64,000 nt of DNA from Octopus bimaculoides (lineage: Eukaryota). The stretch covers positions 8,684,361 through 8,748,360 of the forward strand of contig NC_068992.1 in assembly GCF_001194135.2 (NCBI RefSeq), given 5' to 3'. The notes beneath the pieces were generated by a model that made no database searches, was not told the DNA's origin, and saw nothing but the letters and a program-made list of their open reading frames with translations. How positions within the stretch are numbered: position 1 is the stretch's first letter; the number at the start of each line of letters is the position of its first letter. The translations under genes and the position numbers were made by a program. This document shows positions 13,101 to 25,163 of this stretch, piece after piece.

Positions 13101-13911
13101 AATTATGTGTTTCTTTTATGGTTTACATGAGAAAACAACGCTAATCCGACAAGCCTAAAAATGAAAGGCGTTCCGATCGTGAACCTCCTGTCATTTTTAC
13201 TTTATTTCAAACATAATATATCTAAGACTTATATTGTCTATTGTGTTCTGTCATTTCCTCATAATTTTTTAAGATACCAAAGTATTGAAATCTAGCAGTT
13301 CGAGCGACCACGTAGTGACTTCATCGTTGGTTCACCCGTTTATGTGTGATATATGTTTGTGTTTACAGAGAGTGCAGCTTTTTATAATCACAAATATTGT
13401 TATTAATGGGTTTGATTTTTTTGGAGGGGGGCAAGAATTCCTTTATGCGGTCCTATCGATGCGCTGGTTAATCTATGTTTTTCTCTATTTTCTAAATATA
13501 CATAAATATATATTCTAGTGTATTTTGTGTATATACCATTGTATATAAAGCGTAATTGTTTCTAATTTAACGTTTCACGATTATTATTATTCTAGTTTCC
13601 ATGGCTATTTTTCAATTTGGTAACTGCTGGAAAATTTCTTTATGTAGAATCGTTCGTGGATCTTTTTGATGTAAGAAGAGTTTCGATTTCAGGATCAACT
13701 TAATGGTCGTATGAGTCACTTCCACAACAAGCGGTCATAATTACGTGTCTATAGAGAAAAAACGAAAACATTTATTTACATAAATGCCCACGCACGACTT
13801 AAGTTTCAAATACTTTGCTGAGATAGTATCTGAGAATTACCTCTTCTGTAAGACAGTAATTTTAGTTATAAAATAAGAATGTATTCACAATACTTATAAA
13901 GTAGATGTATG

Positions 13912-14002
13912 GGCGGAGGTAAAGAATACGTACACCACCCATTTTCGGCGTAACAGAAACTCTAACCCTAAACACCGGGTGTATATATTCTTTACTTTCG
14001 CC
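13912..14002. mobile_element. 91-bp Merlin-like MITE with telomere-like loop
   Basis: 25-bp TIRs starting GGCG match at 21/25; perfect 8-bp direct flanks GATGTATG (13904-13911, 14003-14010); loop contains CTCTAACCCTAAAC. Confidence 0.65.
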
Positions 14003-14660
14003 GATGTATGTATTAACAATTGCAAGCCCCCTCCCTTCCCTCGTCATTCTCTTTCTCTCTACTGCTGGTGTGTTGACATGGGAATGATCAGCTGAAGTAC
14101 TTGGACACTTGCTTTCGGACTTCCCAAGTCTATCACCATATATACCAGTGACAGGAGGCTGGAGACATGATTTGAACTCGAGAATCACAGAGCCGAAACA
14201 GTTACCGCAAGACGTCCTATTTCATGCTTCAACATTCCTGAACTAGATGAAAAGCAAAGTTGACGTAGGTGGGATTCTGTCCGACTTTGTCAATTCGACT
14301 CCATACATAAGGAAACACGTATGTGCACATCATTTAGCTCTAGGTTAACCTGATCAAGGAAACCTATGACATCCCCCCCCCCAATTTCATGCCTTGTTAC
14401 TATTACACTCATCTCTTGAGACAAGTGCAATAATGAATATTTGCCGAATTAAGTATTGGGTTTGAGGATTGTGTTAATTTACTTCCTCTCCCAGAAATCA
14501 AGCCTTGTACCTATGTTAGAAATAATAATTAGTGGGTGGGGAATTGGCAGAATTGCTTCAGTGTCAGACAAAGTGCCTTACAGTAATTTTTTTACCTCTT
14601 TACATTCTTAACATGCCTGTCATGCAATACATCAAAATGAGATATCCATTTTGATTTCAG

Positions 14661-14747
14661 GTTCAATTATGCCAAGAATCCTGCTTCACAGAAATACATA
14701 CTTGTGAAGGGAACCGAAACATTCATTATTCTGATCCTCAAGGTGTG
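14661..14747 (+). other. Probable non-coding 5' UTR exon of JTB (next exon starts at 15320)
   Basis: Acceptor ttgatttcag|G at 14660/14661 and donor GTG|gtaagt at 14747/14748. A second acceptor ctctag|A at 15319/15320 lies 46 nt before the JTB ATG. Confidence 0.55.
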
Positions 14748-15365
14748 GTAAGTAACGGTCTATTCTAAAGAAAGCTGCTTGCCATCAGCTTTCTTTGTTG
14801 GGTTTTTTTTTTTTTTTGGAAGGCAGAGAAAGAATACGGTGCTTCTCTATCATACAGTCTACTGCAGTATCCATAATCCATGCTGTGAAATGATCTAATC
14901 TTGATCAAGGATAGTATTAAGGTTTAGAGTGAGGACTAGGTTTTTGGTTAAACTGCACAGTGGCCAGGTAGATTGCTGAAGTCATACTAAGAGTGCTTTA
15001 CTGAATTGTTATCATTTATTGTAGATATATTATCATCATCATCATCAGTCAGTTTGTGCTATCAAAATCTGGAATTTTTTTCTTTCTTCTGTGCAAAAAT
15101 CATACTTTCTAGGGAATGTTGTGTGACTGAATTGTTCCTCCCATACTTTATTACCACTTTGGGATTAAATAACACAAGGCATTTTAGTTTCCTCTCTAAG
15201 AAGATAATTTATGAAAAGAAATGTGAAACTCTGTTTTCCTTAACTACCTGAAAAGAATCAGAAATTAATATAAGTAAATTTTAGTCCAATAATTTTTCTT
15301 TCTTTATTTCTCACTCTAGAAAACCAACTATTTTTAACTGATGAATATATTTATCACAAATCAAA

Positions 15366-18300
15366 ATGATTGAGCTTTGTACGAAGAAACGGATGGCCAT
15401 TGCTATCATCATACTAATTAGGTAAGTACACTTGCTTGTTTTTAGCCCCAGGTCAACCTTCATCAAGTAGGTGTGATCTAAGACATTACAGTTATAATCA
15501 AATTCTTTTTGCTGATGTTCAGACTTCATTATTCAATATGTCCTTCTATTTTTTAAAGACAGTACAATGTAGTTTGAAGGATTTGACTGTTATTTCTTGC
15601 TGTTTAAGTGATTTCATTGGAGCTCTCTCATTGGCAAATGCATTTGTATCTTTTTTCCTTCTTTTCCAATTCACTCAACTCTCTGTTTTGGTTTAGCCAC
15701 CTTTTGTTGTACACACTGAGAACATTTATCTCAAATCTCTTCCTTTCAGAGTCGTATCTAGTAACTTAACATATGTACTCCAAGTGAAACTATGTCCAGT
15801 AAAATGGTAACAAAATGGAATAACGAATTCATCCCATCTCGATTTCTCCGCTTCTGCACTTCACACAAACTCATGGGGTGCAAGCTTGGAATAAAATTTT
15901 TGCCCTCGTGGACCAAATCACATCTTCTCATTTTTGTTTTTTGTGTCCCAAGTTGGTATACTGACTCACCAAATGTTCATAATTTTTACCTCGAATCCCA
16001 GCCAAAGCCTCTGCAGCAACCTTAATATACAGCTGCAGCTTAACCTTTTCAATACCAACCTGTCTGAGACTACCCTTATTTCTATCATACAAATTGCCAG
16101 TGCTGCATTAACATCCCTGTGCCAGTGGCACAAAAAAAGCATCCAGCACACTCAGTTAAGTGAGTGTTAGGAAGGGCATCCAGCTATAGAAACCATGTCA
16201 CAACAGACAGTTGGAGTCTGGACAGCTTCCTGCTAACCAGCTTTATCTCAAACCGTTCAACCCATGCCAGCATCGAAAGTAGACGTTAAACGAGGATGAT
16301 GATGAAGATGATGAAAGTGCCAGTCTTATTATTGTTGGGTTGTAATTATTTGTTTGTTTCTTTTTTTTTTTTTTATTTCAGTGCATCAGTTGTCACTGTA
16401 GTAGTTGAAAGTAAATGGTCATCTCATCATGTGATTAGCAAAGAAGCAGAATTAAGTGCTGTTGGTATGTTGATTGGTTTATCTATTTCTAATTCTTTCC
16501 TATTCACACACCCTACCCCAACAAACCAATCTACATCTCTACATCTTCCTCACATTTCTTCCTTCATGCACTACGTCTAACCCTCACTCCCCTATCCTGT
16601 CCTCATGGCCCTGTTTTTCTGTATCATTGCTATCTGGTAGCCCCACCCCACTCTATATACCCAGCTTTTCACCACTCCCTTCCTTTCCACACTCTCTCAT
16701 CATACTTTTTTGGCAATGTCCTGCCATTTGTATTATGACCTTCGAACCTGAAGGGTATACCCTGGCACTTGCCACCATCTATATCTTTCTCTGCCTTTAC
16801 TCGACCATCCCATTTTTATTCTGATCCCCACTCCTGTGAGTATGCCCAGCACTTTGCCACCATCTTTATCCTGCTGTCTCCCCATTTTCTTTCTCCTTCT
16901 CCTGCACTTCCCTCAGGTTGGATAACCGTGTATCTCCTTTGTGATAAGCACACTTGTTTCTTTCCTCATTCTCAATTTCTCTCTCTCTCTCCAGCTGGGT
17001 AACCTTGTACCTCCTCTACTGCAAAACATCTGTTCCTGTCTCTCTGCCTCACTATAACCTTTCATCATCTGACACAAGATCACCTCCTCCAATGTCCCCT
17101 CCTCTCAAAAGATTTTTGTCTTGCAAGTTACTTGGTGACCCTGTTAGTGCAGGTTCTACTTAAAAACCACTCAGACCACACTGTAAAGTGGTTGGCATTT
17201 GGAAGGGCAGCCAGCAGTAAAGATCTTGCCAAAACTGACCTCACCTGTGTTTGTGCCATGTAAAAAGCACTAAGTCCACTCTGCTGGGTGGTTGGTGTTG
17301 GGAAGGGCATCCAGCTGTAAAAATCTTGCAACGACAGTTACAGAAGTCTGGTGCAGGCTCCTGCCTGGCCAGCTCCTGTTAAACCGTCCCACCCATGCCA
17401 GCATAGGAGGCAGATGTTAAATGATGAAGATGATGATGATTTAACCCAAATAAACTGCACTTCATATTTGAGGCTCTGATGAAGCTATAAGGTATTACTC
17501 AAGCTCTCAACTATAAGTCCACTGCATCTTATAGCAGAAACAGCTGGAAGCTGATGAAGTTCTTATGATAATCGTTATTCCTTTGTCATCTCATTTTCTT
17601 AGCATAAATAATATGCATTCAAACAAGAAGAGGTAGTGAATTAATGGTAGACTATTTAAATATTCACAGAGACAACTATAGTCTTTCTTTTTAATCAAAT
17701 ATTAGTAATATACTGAAATAATTCCTGAAGGATCGAAAGTGAGTTAATCCTTAAATATATGCAGTTTGTTTTCTTTTTTATTGTTTTAGCCCAATCAGAT
17801 AATACTTCCACGTGTGTGAATGGTTATGGAACTGTCATCAACTCCTGTGTAGAATGCACTGCATTTGAGTTGGTAAGTATAAAATGATTGTATTTGCTGA
17901 TTTCAAATAACACCTTTATGTTTACCTAATGTTCATATTTCATATTAAATATAGAAATGCAAAAATATCAAATGACATCGAAAATAAGCTGCTACAAATT
18001 TAAGTGAACTCAAATTAAGCATTAAAAAAACTACATGGAATATCTCTTGAAATTATTGTCACAGAAAGAAAGACCACTGTAAGAAATTCCTTCTTAAGAA
18101 AAGTAAGGGCAGTACATTAGATAATTTAGTCTTAAATATATTGCATCCGACTAAAGGATAGGACGATTCCAACTTCAATCCTTTTGATCATAAGTCTGAA
18201 GAACAACTGTAAAAATGGAGACAATTCTAAGTAAGTCAGAAATGTAATAATTCAAGGGGACATAACTCCTATAATTTTTGAAACGTTATGGTCATTAAAT

Positions 18301-20786
18301 AGGATACGTAAAATTATTTTACTTTGAGTGTTTTTCTTTTGTTCTTTAAATGCCTTGATTGGATTGTAGAAATACAAAATGTGTTAAATTAGAAATGGCA
18401 ATTGTAGGCCTTTAGACTATCTTTTACCTTTCACTATGAAATTAAACTCTTTAGCATTCGGATTACTTTGTCAACTGTAATGTTATTTATTTACATTGTT
18501 TTGAATTAATCCTGCATAATCTCGTGGTTTTGAGGATTTGATGTGATTGTTTAATTTTAGAATAACATGGTCGGGTAGGTATAAAAGGCTGGATTTAGCT
18601 GCTTTGAACATAAAACAGGCAGAATATTTTGGCCGGATATGGATGGTTTAAATGCTAAAGGGTTAAATTTCATGGTTATTCCAGTAATGACGTTAAATAT
18701 TTATAAAAAAATAGAATTGGTATTTTCTGCATCTCAAGTTTGCCTCAATAAACTTGACATATCTCATCAAAAAATAGTTTCAAATATGACATTCCTTAAT
18801 GAAAGATAGATTAGTATATAAATCTTTTCTCTGCTGTTAAGTGTAATGAAATTTTGAGTGGATATATCTGCTTTTTTAGTGAAGCTATAGTTATAAAGTG
18901 ATTAAAATGAATGAACATATGTACTGATCACTTCAATTACTGCTTTTTTTTTTTGTAGAAATTGGAAAGGCGATACTGTCAAGAAACAGGTTTAAAAACA
19001 TTAATACGTTGTCCAGATGGCCGACATCTATACAAGAAGTAAGTTAACAACTTTGGTTGTAATATCTATAATGCTGTGGTTATTGCTTTTGTTTAACCTC
19101 AGGTCAGTACTAACCCAAAATTATGATCAAAGACATTCTACCTGTGACCATCTTGTCTTTTTTTCGATACCCAAGACTACAGTACCCATTATGTCCTCTA
19201 CATTTTGTTTGATAGGATGCTATGTGAAGAAGATTTGACTGTTATATCTAACACGTCAATCAACGACAGAGAAGCTCTCACATCAGCTCTGATATCCCTC
19301 ATTGGCTTGTATCATTTATGCGATGAAATATATGCACTCCATTTTCACTGGTTCTTCTTCAGTTAATTAATGAAATGAACTAATTTTGACACCTTTCCCT
19401 TAAGTGAATAATGAGAAAGCCTACAAGGTCACATAGATTGCCCAGGTTCCTGTAGAAATATGCCAGATCAAATTGGAGCCTGGTGCAGCCTTCTAGCTTG
19501 CCAGTCCAGTCCTCAGTCAAATCGTCCAACCCATGCTAGCATGGAAAGCGGATGTTAAAAGATGATGATGATGATGATTGTTTGTGGTTAAGAATTCAAA
19601 ATAGAAAAGAAACCATTCTTCTGATAGAGTTGTTATGATTTAAAGCTTTTTGGCTTTGTTTCATCAGGTTTTTATTCTCTTGTGTAGTTAGTTGTATACT
19701 ACTTATAAATAGCTGATAATCTATGAATCGGGAAGTTTGATTGAGGTTAATTAAACTTGTTAGGAGATTTGTAATTAAAAGATATTGTTAATAGACGGTA
19801 GACAGAATGAAAGCAGAACAAAGGATAGAAGTGACACACAGAGAATGTTTTCATTTGGGAAAATGAGTGAAAAAACAAGAAGGTTGTTTCTGTATGGATA
19901 GTTCGCAGTTTGTTTCAACTCTGTTGCCAAATGGAGGAGACCCTGTGCAGCCATTTGACTTATTACAAATAGAAGCCAAATTTCTCTTAATTAGCACTCC
20001 ACTATCATCATCAAAATCAGTTAACATCTACTTTTCTGTGCTTGCATGAATTAGTTTATTGATACAGATTTTGTACAGTGAGATGCTCTTCCTGTTGCCA
20101 ACATCACCTATTTCCAAGCAAGGTAATATTTCTCCATGGCCATACATGCTTTCCATGGAAGACTGGAAATGAACAACGTCACTTGTATGACAGTGATGCT
20201 TGTTTATAACCATCACATGATGTCCATAGAAAAATACATGCAAACAGTCTCTCACACACACACACACACACAGGTGTGTGTGTGCATGTATGACTGACTT
20301 GTTTCAGTTTCTGTCTATCAAATCCATTTCACAAGATTTTGGTCAACCTAGGGTTATAGTAGCAGACAGTTACCCAAAGTGCCACACAGTGGGGCTGTTA
20401 TGTCAGCAGTGTCCTTTGTTTCCTATCTTCCATGAAAAAATATCTGGTCATAGGGAAATATCGCCTTGACATAAAAGACATCTGGCCACAAAAAATCTGT
20501 CTCAGTAAATTCCGTCTGACCTATGTAAGCATTGAAAAGTGGATGCAAAAATTACAATCATCATAAAATGATCACCATAAAAAATGCATGGTCAATATGC
20601 ACACAACATTTCCCTAAAGTACTTTAGGCCCATAGTCCAACTCTTATATATCATGAGTCTAGTTTGTTACAATATGGTAAAACATGTATGGTAATTATGA
20701 AAATATGAGTCTGGAAAATTATTTATTTTAAAAGGATTGAATAAAATGGCTAGATTTCATAGTCTCCTGACTGAATCATAGAGCAG

Positions 20787-20824
<38 letters not shown>

Positions 20825-21444
20825 TGTGCCAATATATATAATACTATATATGTGCAGTACCACTATAAAATGATGTGAGAATGATAGCCTCTACACTGCC
20901 TGTCAGCTGGTTAGAAATTGCAGCCTAATCTCTGCAGAAGGTAACATTAAACGATATAGTCCTAGGTATACAAGAAAAAAAAAAAAAAAAAAGTCACAGC
21001 TGAAACTTTTTTTTTTTTTTGTAAGTATATGTTCAATTGGATCTCTATTCTGGTTAAATGGTAACTGTAAAACATGTAACTCTATATATCTTTATTCATT
21101 GAAAAAATCCTGAAAGAGTATGGATTGTCCTAACAAAGTCTGTTAACATAGCATATTATCCAATGAAAATTTGATAATACTTGATCTTATATATCTTTCC
21201 ATCCTCCTTCAAAACTCACCTCCAAAAAATAAATGGACCATTTACAACAAAGTAATGTATTTATTTATTTATTTATTGTAGTTGCCCAGCAGACACATGG
21301 AAAGAAGAGAAAAAATTTCTGCTCTTTGAATGTCTTACAACCATAACAGGACTTCTCTCTTATGCTGTAGTCCGATACAGACAGCGTCGATTAGATCATC
21401 TTCTGATGGAAAAAATTAACAGACAGATAGCAGCTGGTCTTTAA
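15366..21444 (+). CDS. JTB: Protein JTB (jumping translocation breakpoint) homolog, 154 aa, 5 coding exons
   Basis: join(15366..15421, 16382..16464, 17790..17872, 18959..19038, 21282..21444) = 465 nt, GT-AG, frame intact. Protein MIELCTKKRMAIAIIILIS... has an N-terminal hydrophobic segment, a six-Cys domain (C..CVEC..C..C..C), a TM segment FLLFECLTTITGLLSYAVV and the tail RYRQRRLDHLLMEKINRQI, matching JTB RQRQLD...K..KQI. In-frame TGA codons lie upstream of the ATG. Confidence 0.93.
16500..17420 (+). mobile_element. RTE-type LINE 3' UTR and tail in JTB intron 2
   Basis: CT-rich tract homologous to 44620-45250, followed by TTGTCTTGCAAGTTACTTGGTGACC, the AGGAAGGGCATCCAGCTGTA core and a (GAT)n tail. 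Confidence 0.65.
18442..18666. mobile_element. piggyBac-like MITE family 1, copy in JTB intron 3
   Basis: TTAA-ACTCTTTAGCAT...ATGCTAAAGGG-TTAA; body is the reverse complement of the copies at 47795 and 48480. Confidence 0.8.
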
Positions 21445-21512
21445 TCAGGATGAGGACATTATTATTATTATTGTTGTTGTTATTTTCATCATTATCATTA
21501 TTATTATTGAAC

Positions 21513-21905
21513 GTGGCTGAGCTGGCAGAATCATTACTGTGCTGGATAAAATGCCTAGCAGCATTTCTTCCAGCTTTTTACAGTCTGAGTTCAAATTCCG
21601 CTGAGGTCGACTTTGCCTTTCATCCTTTCAATGTTGATAAATTAAGTACCATAATCGACTTGTTCCCTCCCACAAAATTTCAGGCTTTCTGCCTTTAGTA
21701 GAAAGAATTGTTGTTGTTATTATTATTATAATTATTATTATTATTATTAAGGCAGCGAGCTGCCAGAATCATTAGCACACCGGGTGAAATGCTTCGCGGT
21801 ATTTCGTCTGTCGCTACATTCAAGAGTTCAAATTCCAAGGTTGACAAATTAAGTACCAGTCAAGTACTGGAGTCGATGTGATAGACTTATCCCCTCCCCA
21901 CAAAT
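21513..21905 (+). mobile_element. Two tandem family C SINEs (Deu/Nin-like core) just after the JTB stop
   Basis: Copies 21513-21708 and 21751-21905. Head GGCNGAGCTGGCAGAATCATTA...GAGTTCAAATTCC; core GGTCGACTTTGCCTTTCATCCTTTC..GATAAATTAAGTACC; (ATT)n between them. The Deu/Nin assignment is from memory. Confidence 0.8.
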
Positions 21906-23371
21906 TATTTTTATTATAACTGAATATAAAAAACAAACATTAGTATACACATACACACACCTTTGTTGGTAACAAAGGGCCTCTTCCCTCAGAGTGAAAG
22001 GCAAATTGTATGATGCCTGCATGTTAACAGCCATGCTGCATGGCAGTGGAGTATGGGCTGTGACTACAGAGAACATGTGAAAGCTTAAATTAAATGAAGC
22101 TAGCATGCTCTGTTGGATGTACAATGTCAGAGTGCGCGTACAACAGAATATAAGTATCTTAGAGAATAATTGGATATAATAGACATCAGATGTAGTGTGC
22201 AAGAGAGAAGACTGCACTGGTATGACCGAAACTGCTAGTGTGTAGTTGTGCTTGTGAAGACATGCCAAGTGGGTGTGGCACATAAAAGACACTCAATAGA
22301 GGGGTTAGTTTTAGGAAGGGCATCCAGCTGTAGAAACCAAGACAAAACGGATTGGAACCTGGTGCAGCTCTCTGGCTTACCATCTCCAGTCAAACCATCT
22401 TAACCCATAGAAAATGGACATAAAATGATGATGATGATGATATATAGGTTTGGTGATGCAAACTGGAAAATAGAACTCAAAACATAAGTGTGTATATTTT
22501 TTTATTATTAATTAATCAGCAGAAGTTAGAGAGTGACTTCTTCAGATCCAAGAGTTGTAACATCTGCCAAAATATATATATATATATATTCATACACACA
22601 CACACATACACACAGATTTAAAGATAAATGTCTGTAAATACCTAAAAACAATAAACATTTTCTGAATAAAAGATTCAGTACAGTAGTTTTGAAGTTTTGC
22701 TGATGGCAGTTTATTTGCTTAAATTAGCCACTGATGTGAAACCTTGAAGCCACTGTCAAGGATTTATAATATATGTACAAAGTTGTTGCTGTTTTTATTG
22801 TTAATCCTCAGGTCAGCATTAATTAGCTAGATGTATGATCAAAAGTTTGTATGAAGTTGAAATGGTTAAACTTTAGTATTACTTTTGAACAAGATTACAT
22901 AATGGGAAGGTTATTGGATAAAACTTCCACATAAGCAAATAGTATGAAACAGATGGTTAAAGCATTTTTGCTCTCTTTCAATCAGTCTTATTTTCAAATA
23001 TTTAGCTTTTGTTAATGACATTTTTATGTATAAGTAACATTACATGATTTCTTCATTTGGTCTTTTATTACTATATCTGATCAGTATCACAAAGCACAGT
23101 TGTATCTGCAGTATTTTTATGCTACCTAATTCAACAACTAACATTCCAGCCATAACAGTTCCATCAGTGTATGACAAAATGTTGTGATGGTCATACCTAA
23201 AACACGATATGTTTCTTGGATTAGCAACAAATATAGAAAAACCAAAACTAATCAACAGAGAAGAATGAGTACCAACACCAAAACTAATTAACATCAATGA
23301 TTTAGCAGGTGTAGCTAAGGAAGTTGTTGAACAAATCACTCAAGACACAAGCAATAGATATATCACACATA

Positions 23372-24536
23372 CCAGGTTGAGTGAAAAGTGTATTTATATT
23401 TCAAACTTTAATCAATAGTTCAAACAAATTACATACAGAAAGTATTTATTCATCAAAATATATCCCATATTCTATTGTCTGTTGCCATCATTGTGCCAGA
23501 AACTCAATTCCGCACTTGTGGTTTAGAAGTGAAAAAACTCCCTACACCCATTTTCAACTTCATCCACATTGTTGAACCTCCATCCATGCAGGAAATGAGT
23601 GTATGGTTCAGAAAAGGTGGTAATCTGATGGTACACCACGTGGACTCTAAGCAGGATGATGCAGTACTTCCAACCTCTCAAGTACTCCAAGTTTGCAATT
23701 TGATCACACTGGCCATGTTTGCTTGGGCATTGTCATACTGTAGGAGTGTTTGTCTTCATTTGACCAATGCTAGTCAATGAGCTTTCAAAGCATCGTATAC
23801 TCTCTGCTTTTGTTGAGCATAAAGGTTAGTGTTCACAACATGTGCAACACTTGCTTGAAATTTCACTAAATGCACATGACTTTCCATTCAAACTGCCCTT
23901 GTTTGACAACATGTTCTGGAGTTTGGCAGAAATGAATCCACTGATTTATCTTATTAGGATTATAAAAATAAATCCATTTTTTATCCTGTTACAATTCAAT
24001 GCTAAGAAAGGGCATCTCGAGGATTTACCAACAGCTGTTTGCAAGTCTTCACAATTCAACAAGCCTGGTCTTTGGTCATTTTATGAGAAGCTTCTTGACA
24101 GTGTCTGTCCGCAAGGCTGATCTTATGGAGGTGTCAATGGTGCTTTGTGGAGGGCTAGGTTCTGCTGACAATGTTGTTCAGCCATTTCAAGCAAGGCCTC
24201 CTTACCTTGGTTTGTCATCGAGGCTGGTGTCACCTTCCTTGAAATGTCTGTACCAGTTTCGTGTCACATGTTTGTTGTTCCTGGGACTTCATCATTGATT
24301 TCTTTTGCAGCTGCCCTTGCACTCAGTCCTTTTCTCCACAGCTGGTGTAAAATGGTTCTAATTGCATATTTTTTCATCACTCATTATCAAAGCTGTGAAA
24401 TAAAGAATAAAAGTAAAGAAGAAACAATTCAGTAATGATTGAACAACAATTTGTATCAAATTAACGATATAACTTTGAGATACAAGTTACCAAAGACTAT
24501 CAGCGGAAATCAAAGAAAGCTTGTGACTCAACCTGG
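23372..24536 (-). mobile_element. Near full-length degenerate mariner transposon
   Basis: Terminal inverted CCAGGTTGAGT at 23372 and 24526-24536. Minus-strand fragments: GLSARAAAKEINDE, NWYRHFKEGDTSLDDKPR, LLQYDNA, EVLHHPA*SP...PSDYHLF (YSPDLAPSDYHLF motif). Confidence 0.85.
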
Positions 24537-24792
24537 AAAAGCCCATATACTGCATAAATTATGGATAGTGTTGTGATTTTGGCATTTTAAGTACATATTT
24601 TTGTGAGTTTATTGTTCTTGCTAATAGCTCCAGAATGGTTCTGATCTAGTAAAATTGTGAACAAAGGCAGCACTCCAGCTGTGACCAACTACTTTATTTA
24701 TTTATCTATTTATACAATCTTTCTAAGACAGGCCTATTTTAACTATTGTATCTTAGCACAAGCACACGTGTGCAGCATATGGTACATATACA

Positions 24793-25163
24793 TGTTGGCA
24801 CTCTGTTGAGGGTTCCAGTTGATCCGATCAATGGAACAGCCTGCTTGCGAAATTAACGTGCAAGTGGCTGAGCACTCCACAGACACGTGTACCCTTAATG
24901 TAGTTCTCGGGGAGATTCAGCATGACACAGAGTGTGACAAGGCTGACCCTTTTGAAATACAGGCACAACAGAAACAGGAAGAAAGAGTGAGAGAAAGTTG
25001 TGGTGAAAGAATACAGCAGAGTTCGCCACCATCCCCTGCCGGAGCCTCGTGGAGCTTTAGGTGTTTTCGCTCATTAAACACTCACAACGCCCGGTCTGGG
25101 AATCAAAACCGCGATCCTATGACTGCGAGTCCGCTGCTCTAACCACTGGGCCGTTGCGCCTCC
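24793..25163 (-). mobile_element. SINE family B copy
   Basis: Reverse complement of 9415-9770 with different internal indels; ACATATACAT on both flanks. Confidence 0.9.

Noticed and set aside
20085-20470. Inverted repeat pair in JTB intron 4
   Set aside because: Only about 70% identical by eye over a short span and encloses no exon.
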